From Trypanosoma brucei (Eukaryota): a stretch of 64,000 nucleotides of DNA. Positions 56,964-64,000 of the stretch are shown one piece after another (positions within the stretch are counted from its first letter, which is position 1; each line of letters begins with the position of its first letter). Below the pieces are notes generated by a model, which saw nothing but the letters and a program-made list of their open reading frames with translations, searched no databases and had not been told where the DNA came from. The stretch lies in the NCBI GenBank assembly GCA_000002445.1, contig CH464491.1, forward strand, positions 1,216,001 to 1,280,000. The letters are read 5' to 3'. Position numbers and translations under genes: made by a program.

Positions 56964-58721
56964 ATGCCAGTAAATCCTGAACCACAGGATCTTGAGGCGA
57001 TGTTCGCAAGGACAAAGGCATATCTCATGTGCGCGAATAAGGACGGTGTGAGTGTTTATGATCAGCTAACACGGATGATGGAGCAACTGCTGGACCAAAA
57101 CCCACACGACATCGCCAACAACCCATCTAAGTTTAATGATATGTTCACTCTTCTGCAAAAACACAGTTTTGTAGATGGTGAAAGCACTGAGGCATGCAAC
57201 GAACCGTGCCCCGTCCCTCCATCGGAGCTGTCTCGCCTCGCGGAGAACGAGCGGCTGTTTGAACGTGCACCACCGGAAATCCAGACTACCATAGAACAGC
57301 CCGATCCCTACACGACGATAACAACAACACGCGTTGTGCCGCGCACAGCACCCTCGTATGATTCAGTTGAGCAAAACAACCTTTACTGGTGTTGGGCAGG
57401 ATGTGGTATGGCTGAAGAGGAAGCATTCCTGTTGGACAGGTCCATTACTCTTTTGGCGATGGAAAAGAACCTTGAAGAGGTTCGTTTTGTTGGGAAAATA
57501 TTTGGTACGCAAGGAAACTATTATGTTGTTTCAAGTCGCCGCTATGTGCAAGAGGGTGAGAAAATATACAAAGAGGTTAACACGATGCCCCGGCCCGCGA
57601 GACGGAGTTTGGAGGTCCCAGTACAGCCAGAACCCGGTTTCGTTGGTGTGAATCGTCTTTCATTTTGGGTGACATCAAACCCCGCCGCCCAGTGGACTCT
57701 ACTTCCAGACGTCACACCGCAACAAATATGTGCGGGTCGACGTATTAAGCGTCTTTTTAGCGGGAATCTCAATGCACCTGTTGTGTGTAGTCCCCCCTTT
57801 GAATGGAACGAGTCCGTTTACCTTCGCGTTCAGCTTAGCCGTATAGTCAGTGGCACGTACATATCTCCTCTTGGGGCTCTGGAAGAGCCTGATGAGGACA
57901 ACGAGGAGGACGAAGACGAAGATGAGGAGGAAACTCTAAGTAAACCAAAGGAGGCGAAATATCGCCCTCTCACGCAGGTGGTGAGGGGGTTTGCCACCGA
58001 AGAGGAGAGTGATGTAACGCAGTGGGCGAAGCTTGACCAGTGGGTTCATTCTGAAGGTTATATTTATGAGAATGGCCGGCAGACCAAGGTTCCAGAGAAA
58101 CTGGAGGAAGAGGAAGAGGAAGAGGAGTTCCAAAAGATGGAAGATGAAGAAGAGGAGGAGGAAGTTGAGCAGCAGGAAGAAGAGGAAAGAGAGCTGTTTA
58201 CCCCTATCCAATCCGATTATCTCTACGCAGTAGTTAATGTTCCGGAAGCACCAGTTATTGATGATGAGGAAGAGGAGGAAGAGGATGAGTACGAACCGGA
58301 AGAGGTCGCAGAACCACCGGAGGAGGAAACCGACGACCTTCCTCCAAAACCTCTAACGGATGACGAGGTGCCAGACGACGACCCAACTAGGGTGAAGATC
58401 GCGGCGTGGACGGTGCGGACTGTAAACAACAACAGCAAAATGCACCGTGTGGTAGTCATGAAATCGTTGCGGTGGCCGGGCGCCATTGCTTTCGCGGCAG
58501 AAGGTGGTAAGAGATGGGGCTGTGTTTACTTTGGGAATGGTCTAAAGAAGACAGATTTTGCTTTCACACCAACGCTCGCTCCGCCGGTGCTTTTAGAATG
58601 TGCTGACATTACCGAGGTTGATGATCCGACACCTACAATGGAGAAGCTCGCCCGCCGCGGCGAGGACCTGCCGGAACCAGATTCTGAGGATCCAGCTGAG
58701 GAAGAGGAAGAAGAAATGTAA
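56964..58721 (+). CDS. radial spoke head protein RSP4/6-like (axonemal), with long acidic Glu-rich insert and tail
   Basis: The track start at 56889 is GTG and the first ATG is 56964 (MPVNPEPQD…). Conserved-looking blocks WCWAGCGMAEEEAFLLDRSITLLAMEKNLEEVRFVGKIFGTQGNYYVV and …VVMKSLRWPGAIAFAAEGGKRWGCVYFGNGLKK resemble Radial_spoke-family (RSPH4A/6A) proteins from memory. E/D-rich low-complexity runs at 58090-58340 and at the C-terminus. Confidence 0.5.
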   Translation: MPVNPEPQDLEAMFARTKAYLMCANKDGVSVYDQLTRMMEQLLDQNPHDIANNPSKFNDMFTLLQKHSFVDGESTEACNEPCPVPPSELSRLAENERLFERAPPEIQTTIEQPDPYTTITTTRVVPRTAPSYDSVEQNNLYWCWAGCGMAEEEAFLLDRSITLLAMEKNLEEVRFVGKIFGTQGNYYVVSSRRYVQEGEKIYKEVNTMPRPARRSLEVPVQPEPGFVGVNRLSFWVTSNPAAQWTLLPDVTPQQICAGRRIKRLFSGNLNAPVVCSPPFEWNESVYLRVQLSRIVSGTYISPLGALEEPDEDNEEDEDEDEEETLSKPKEAKYRPLTQVVRGFATEEESDVTQWAKLDQWVHSEGYIYENGRQTKVPEKLEEEEEEEEFQKMEDEEEEEEVEQQEEEERELFTPIQSDYLYAVVNVPEAPVIDDEEEEEEDEYEPEEVAEPPEEETDDLPPKPLTDDEVPDDDPTRVKIAAWTVRTVNNNSKMHRVVVMKSLRWPGAIAFAAEGGKRWGCVYFGNGLKKTDFAFTPTLAPPVLLECADITEVDDPTPTMEKLARRGEDLPEPDSEDPAEEEEEEM

Positions 58722-59241
58722 ATACACTAACGTTGTATAAGTTGGGCTGCACGTGAATCCTTGTAGGGAACTTGTCTCATGCAGGGGACGCTTGAAGGAA
58801 GGAATGAAGTGCGTACTGAAGAGGGAAGAAGTGGAAACTTGAGACAAGCCTTCATCCCTCTCCCAGCATGCCCCCTTACAACGTCTAGAGAATGTAGACT
58901 CGAACATTAGCAGCCTTGTTGGAGTTATTGTTTTTATTTTCGTAGACTGTTATGCCTCCATCTTACGTTAGTGCCTAACGTTATGTACAACATCGGATGA
59001 ATCACTCCAAGCTCTGTGTGACCCACTTGTCCCAAGGATGTCGCCCGGTATTCAACATGGGCGTGATTCTCAATGCATTTTGTTTTTTCGTACTGTCTCG
59101 TCTTGTCATACGTCTTTTTTTTTAAAAAAATGAAAACGTTTACTGTAGCGCCTCGTGGCGACTTGGTATATTGAAAACAAGGAGGAAAAAAAAGTTCGGG
59201 GGCCCCGAAGGTGTGATTCGCAGGACGTTATTCGGCCTGGA

Positions 59242-61239
59242 ATGAGGCGTTTGCTCGGCCTGACCACACTCCCAGGTCGCAACAGCTTTGCGCTCCAAGT
59301 TGGCTACCGTCTTGGAACGAGTGTGGCTGGCACATTCTACTCAGAGTCGGACACCGCTGCCGGTGCTTCGATGAACAATGATATGCGGCTGGGGATAGTA
59401 ATAAAACCTCAAAGCACACTTGTTGATCTGTGGGAACAAGCCGTTAAGGCGTGGCCAATGCGCCGCTTTCTTGGGGCAAAGGTATGGGTTCGTGGACAGT
59501 TAGGTTACGTTTGGGCAACCTATGAGTCTATTGAGCAGGAGGCCTCGGTCATGCGCACACTGCTTAATCAGATGGGTGTGGGAAAGGGTGGTCGAGTCGT
59601 TGTAATTAGCGAGAACCGCTATGAGTGGGTTGTGGTTCATCTGGCGTCATTGCAGTTGGGCGCACAATTTGTAGTCCTACCCACCAATGTCACTCCAAAA
59701 GAAGCGGAGCTAGTATTAAAAAGCACTCAAGCCAGGGTTTTATTTGTCGAGTCTACGTCGGCATACACTGCTGTTAAGGGTTGGGTTGGCGAAGTTGGTC
59801 AGCTGCAGCACATTATTTGCTTTGAGGATCAAATTGGGGAGGGTAGTTATGCAGTTGCTATCAGTATAGCGTCAGACGTACCTGAAAAGACACCAGCGCG
59901 AAAAGATGTCACTTCAGAGGACACTGCTATGATCATGTTTTCGGCAGGGACCACAGGGCCACCAAAGGGAGTGATGCTCTCACACAAGAATCTTGTAGCG
60001 AACGTAAGCTCCATATACGCCCACGTTGGGGAAGCCATCACGCACACGGACATGTTTATGTCACTTTGCTCCTGGTGTGTTGCGGGAGCCTTGACAACAG
60101 AACTTTACCAGGCTATTTGTAAGGGAGCTTGCGTTTGCATTCCCCCCGAACAGCTAGAAGGGTTTCAAGATCTTCCGCTCGTCCAACCAAGTGTAATTGT
60201 TACAGTTGCCCAACCATTTCAGAGGGCTTATGCCAACATCGTTGATAACATCATGAATCGCAGTACTCTTACAAAGGACTTAACGCGCTTCACACTGGGG
60301 CGCATCACAGAAAACCGGCTGATGATGCAAAAACCGGGTTCCATCTTGCGGACCGCGTCTAATATTTTTCTCGGAAAATTCAAGGCCCAATTTGGATCGG
60401 AGCTTCGCATTGCATTTATTATCGGCAGCCAACTGACAAGAGACCAGATGGAGTTACTTGCAGACTTGGATGTTTTCACCGTCAGTACGTACGGTTGTTT
60501 GGAGGCAGGGGGGCTGATAGCTACTGACCTTGATGTCCCGCTTCGTCTCAAGGCGCTACCAGGTGTGGAAATCCGTGTTGTGAACGATAAAAACGAAATT
60601 GTGGCTCCAGGGTACGTTGGTGAGGTACTCATTGAGGCGCCGCATGCAATGCAGGGCTACTTTGACGTTCACATCGATCCTGAGGAGGCTAAGAATTCCC
60701 TTGTTGCTTATGGGGGCCGAACGTTCGTGCGCACTGGTGACTACGGGTCTATGACCGGCGGCTGGCTGACGATCAAGGGGAACAAAGACATACTTATCAG
60801 ACTCCAGAATGGGACGGTGGTGGACCCTTTGGAGGTTGAGGGGACTCTAATCAAAAGTCCCTTCATCAAACAGATATTTGTGTACGGTGAAGGTCGTCCT
60901 TACCTCTGTGCCCTGGTGGTTCCCAACGCGAAGGCAATCGCCTCTCATTTGCGGAAGGTTGAGCGGCGGGATGGTGTGCCTATCGTAAGCGAGCGCGAAA
61001 AGGCTGACTGCATCCGAGCAGAGCTCAGGCGCGTATCGCAGGGGTTGCCTACGAGGTCTCATGTTCGCCGGTTCGCATTCATTGAGGAGCTTACCCTCGC
61101 TAATGGTTTCATCACCTGCAAATATGGTTTTGCGAGACAAAGAGTGGAAAGGCACTACGTGCATTACTTTGATGCCATGTACGACGAAACGCCATTGTTC
61201 TTTGGGCACGCCGTGGACGACTATGATGATCTGTTTTGA
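59242..61239 (+). CDS. AMP-forming acyl-CoA synthetase (long-chain fatty-acid–CoA ligase family)
   Basis: AMP-binding signature MFSAGTTGPPKGVMLSHKNL and downstream adenylate-forming core (…TYGCLEAGG…, …GDYGSMTGGWLTIKGNKDILIRLQNG…). The track start at 59155 is GTG. The first ATG is 59242 (MRRLLGL…). Later Met residues (MNNDMRLG…) are alternative starts. Confidence 0.8.
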   Translation: MRRLLGLTTLPGRNSFALQVGYRLGTSVAGTFYSESDTAAGASMNNDMRLGIVIKPQSTLVDLWEQAVKAWPMRRFLGAKVWVRGQLGYVWATYESIEQEASVMRTLLNQMGVGKGGRVVVISENRYEWVVVHLASLQLGAQFVVLPTNVTPKEAELVLKSTQARVLFVESTSAYTAVKGWVGEVGQLQHIICFEDQIGEGSYAVAISIASDVPEKTPARKDVTSEDTAMIMFSAGTTGPPKGVMLSHKNLVANVSSIYAHVGEAITHTDMFMSLCSWCVAGALTTELYQAICKGACVCIPPEQLEGFQDLPLVQPSVIVTVAQPFQRAYANIVDNIMNRSTLTKDLTRFTLGRITENRLMMQKPGSILRTASNIFLGKFKAQFGSELRIAFIIGSQLTRDQMELLADLDVFTVSTYGCLEAGGLIATDLDVPLRLKALPGVEIRVVNDKNEIVAPGYVGEVLIEAPHAMQGYFDVHIDPEEAKNSLVAYGGRTFVRTGDYGSMTGGWLTIKGNKDILIRLQNGTVVDPLEVEGTLIKSPFIKQIFVYGEGRPYLCALVVPNAKAIASHLRKVERRDGVPIVSEREKADCIRAELRRVSQGLPTRSHVRRFAFIEELTLANGFITCKYGFARQRVERHYVHYFDAMYDETPLFFGHAVDDYDDLF

Positions 61240-61658
61240 CGTGGTTTTTTTGTGCTTATAAGCATCGGTCACAAATCCCTGTATTTACAGGTAAGGCGTA
61301 TGTGTGGATTCCACGGTTACGTAAGGGTCCCCGGCTAGCCGCCGATAGTCGAACTACATCATAGGAGACGTATCGTAATAGCCCTCTGTTTCCCTTTCGT
61401 CTTTGGTCTGTCAGGCTTTTGACCTTTGTGGCATTGATTCTGTAATTGAATTACTCTTGGTCGTTAATTTTGCAATTTTTCCACCCCCCTCCCTCCCTCT
61501 TGCACTACTGCCCCCCTGGCAAATACTTCGTTTCGTGCCAAGAAGGAAGCCAAAAAGCAACCCTGCAAGGAGGGTCCCACGCGCTTGAAGGGAGTTCGGG
61601 CGCCGGCCGTTGCCGTGAAGGCGCAAGAGGCGTTGGTGTCGTCACCCTAACGGGTTCA

Positions 61659-64000
61659 ATGAGTCTCTCCAATCAACTTCCGCGCTGCGCAACTCCGCTA
61701 TTTTACCAGTTAGCGGAGAATTCTGACCAATTTGAAAGTATTAACGACATGGTCATAATTTTGCAGCAACAGTTTGTTCGGCTTTTTAAGACCCCTGATA
61801 CACCGATGGGGGCGCAAAAGTCTACGGCTTCTTCTATAGCTTCCAAGGAAGAGGAGAAGCTCCTTGCAGTTCGCGCCGTCCACGCGTTGCACACAGTGGG
61901 TGCAGTGCGTCACGGTGATTTCTTTCGGAGTGAGTTGTACCACACCAACGCAGCCTTTTTTATCCAGGAGATGCTTGGGTGTCTTGTCGGGGATAGGCGG
62001 AATTGGTACCGTCAGCTACAAGTTGAGAGCCTCCGTGGGTGTTTGGCGGTAGTGCAGGCCGTAGGTTACGGTAACACCAGGCTGTGTTTACCGGGTATAG
62101 TTTCTGCATGTACAAAATACCTTGTCCGCGCACACCATGGTACGGATGCTGCAGACGTGCGCGTCGCTGCGGTTAACCTTATGCGCGTAGCACTCACGGT
62201 TTCGCTCGTACAACAACAGGACAATGAAGGATGGCTTAGGGAGACGGTTGATCACCTAGGGCGTGGCATGGGTCGGTTGCTTGCACCAGAAGAACTGGTT
62301 GGAACAGAGATCGGTCTTCCTGTTATGAAGGCGATGCTGCGTCTTGTCGTGGATCTTCTTGCGCTTCAGTCGCTGAATACACTTGTGTCGACTCAGCTGG
62401 TGAGAGAGCTCCTGGTGGGTTACTTTGTGCTGGAAAACCTTGTTCATCTTGAGGGTGAAAACACGCGTGACGAGATGAATTGTGTCCCTTCTTCTCTCTT
62501 GGAAAACGAGGAGGTTGTAAGCATGCTTCATGGGAGGCTGAAGGCTCTGCAGAAGGTAGAGTTGCTGCACTACTCCTCGTCACTGTTGCGCTGTGAGGGC
62601 ACACGCACTATCGTCTTTAGTGAAGAAACCCAGTTCCAATGCGTGATGGGCCAGTGCATCCGTGTTGCCGGGACCCAGATGGGCATGGAAGAGTTTTGTG
62701 GAGTACGAGGGAGTGCAAGTCGTATTTGCAGTATCGTAGATGGGTTTATCGAGTGTTTGGCGTACAACGTGCATCTAGTAGCGCTGGGGCCACTGAGACT
62801 AGCCACCTTTATAGATGAGTGTGAGGCGACGCTTTCCGACTGGGACCTGTATGCGCTCCATCCACCTACCATTTACGTTCTGACTCGACTCATCGTTTGG
62901 CAGTTCAAGACTCCTATGTGGGTTGTGGGAGCCTCTGCTGATGGTGCTGTGGATGGTACGGCGAAGAGGGATCTTCCAGTGGAGGATTTGATTCTCTCCG
63001 GGACATTTGAGCACCTGTGGAGTGTTGTCGCTAAACCACACTTGTGGAACATTACAGAAGATGAGGATCTATGCACTTACAAGCAACTGCAGCACCGTCG
63101 CATAGTCGCTGCGACCATCCTTAGATTTTTGGAGATCACTGCACAAACGTTGCGCGGTATCCCGAGCGGTCGAAGTGCAAAACGGAGGCGTGCGTTGCGG
63201 CGACTGAACGTACTTATGCTGTATCTTGTGCTTGAGAAAGCGGTTATTGCAGGTATCGTACACGATGTCGCGATGCGGGTTATTGATGCATTCAGTGAGG
63301 CATCCAGTCAGTCCGACACCCTTTTATTTTTCCTGGAAAGCAGTGACTTCATCGCCGATGAGGCTGCGCGGGCCGTTACGGAGGAGGAGCTCCGCATCTC
63401 AGCAGCCAATGTGCTTCACGGTGGTGTCAATTTCATTCGGTCAAGGCTTTTTGCCGTGTCTCGTAGGGATGTAATTGCTTCGAATACTAAAGAGTCACGA
63501 CGGTGGGTTCAGGTGATTAAAGGTTCCGACGTTGCCATTACTGCTTCGGAAAGCATCGTGTCGAAGGTAGCTGACTTTGTTACTTCCTCCATAAAGGTTG
63601 CAAGTGACGGGTGCCGCCGAGCCACACTTCAGGAGGATGCCGCCGGCGCACGAGCAGCCGTTATTCTACTCACAAGTTGCTTCGAGCTGAGCGCGTTACT
63701 AAACCGCTCGGTTCCGCAGTTGGGCTTTGATGAGGATCGAGACACCGTGACTACTGCAGCGCATCCTCGGGTTCAAATACTACAGCTTGCAGTGCTTGAA
63801 GCAGTGCAGATGTTACTAGCTTACTGTGCGCGAAACGACGGGGTATCGCCTTATGTCGTACGAGCCGTGGGATGCGGTCTTACTGTGTTTCTAACCACAC
63901 CTAAGGCCGCTGCATGGGAGCATGAGGATGATACCGGTGACGAAGGTCGACTGCCGTGTGTATTTCCGTGGGAAGTTGATGTCCCACCTGTTTTGTCGCG
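61659..64000 (+). CDS. hypothetical protein, 5' partial view (ORF open through window end, over 780 aa)
   Basis: Manually translated frame (position mod 3 = 0) from ATG 61659 (alternative ATG at 61749, MVIILQQQFVRLFKTP…) with no stop to 64000. Absent from the ORF track only because it lacks a stop inside the window. In-frame stop upstream at 61587-61589. Confidence 0.6.
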   Translation, partial: MSLSNQLPRCATPLFYQLAENSDQFESINDMVIILQQQFVRLFKTPDTPMGAQKSTASSIASKEEEKLLAVRAVHALHTVGAVRHGDFFRSELYHTNAAFFIQEMLGCLVGDRRNWYRQLQVESLRGCLAVVQAVGYGNTRLCLPGIVSACTKYLVRAHHGTDAADVRVAAVNLMRVALTVSLVQQQDNEGWLRETVDHLGRGMGRLLAPEELVGTEIGLPVMKAMLRLVVDLLALQSLNTLVSTQLVRELLVGYFVLENLVHLEGENTRDEMNCVPSSLLENEEVVSMLHGRLKALQKVELLHYSSSLLRCEGTRTIVFSEETQFQCVMGQCIRVAGTQMGMEEFCGVRGSASRICSIVDGFIECLAYNVHLVALGPLRLATFIDECEATLSDWDLYALHPPTIYVLTRLIVWQFKTPMWVVGASADGAVDGTAKRDLPVEDLILSGTFEHLWSVVAKPHLWNITEDEDLCTYKQLQHRRIVAATILRFLEITAQTLRGIPSGRSAKRRRALRRLNVLMLYLVLEKAVIAGIVHDVAMRVIDAFSEASSQSDTLLFFLESSDFIADEAARAVTEEELRISAANVLHGGVNFIRSRLFAVSRRDVIASNTKESRRWVQVIKGSDVAITASESIVSKVADFVTSSIKVASDGCRRATLQEDAAGARAAVILLTSCFELSALLNRSVPQLGFDEDRDTVTTAAHPRVQILQLAVLEAVQMLLAYCARNDGVSPYVVRAVGCGLTVFLTTPKAAAWEHEDDTGDEGRLPCVFPWEVDVPPVLS

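Noticed and set aside
1-64000. Prokaryotic-style systems (CRISPR arrays, IS elements, defence operons, toxin–antitoxin pairs)
   Set aside because: Gene architecture is eukaryotic/kinetoplastid (unidirectional arrays, polypyrimidine tracts, eukaryotic ribosomal and axonemal proteins). No direct-repeat/spacer arrays or transposase-like ORFs seen.

Overview
Kinetoplastid-type (Trypanosoma-like) nuclear chromosome segment. Evidence for that call: intronless genes packed head-to-tail on one strand for tens of kb, polypyrimidine tracts upstream of each ORF, roughly 50% GC, and a typical gene repertoire (tandem ALBA paralogues, RPS12, RPL18, many large coiled-coil proteins). There are two polycistronic units. 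About 19 minus-strand genes run from 45992 down past position 1. At least 6 plus-strand genes run from 51722 to beyond 64000. They are separated by a roughly 5.7 kb ORF-free divergent strand-switch region (45993-51721) that shows a mirrored GT-skew and a G11 tract, consistent with a bidirectional Pol II start region. Genes I recognise by motif/alignment from memory: importin-beta family (N-terminal fragment), 40S S12, 60S L18, a bacterial-type YqgE/AlgH (DUF179) domain protein, a CCDC124/Lso2-like ribosome factor, a 2151-aa ASCC3/Slh1-type tandem DExH-Sec63 helicase (not Brr2), a histidine-phosphatase (PGAM-like) protein, a ferric-reductase/NOX-like membrane protein, two tandem ALBA-domain genes, a Fused/STK36-type kinase with C-terminal ARM repeats, an RSP4/6-like radial-spoke head protein and an AMP-forming acyl-CoA synthetase. 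The remainder are conserved-looking hypothetical proteins (several long coiled-coil, one 1432-aa WD40+coiled-coil). Several ORF-track starts are non-ATG artefacts or run into the upstream polypyrimidine tract; corrected ATG starts are proposed. No prokaryotic elements (CRISPR, IS, operons) and no tRNA/rRNA are evident. I see no obviously novel 'system'. The most interesting items are the sequence-visible bidirectional promoter signature, the ASCC3 + CCDC124 ribosome-rescue neighbourhood, and the bacterial-type YqgE domain gene.
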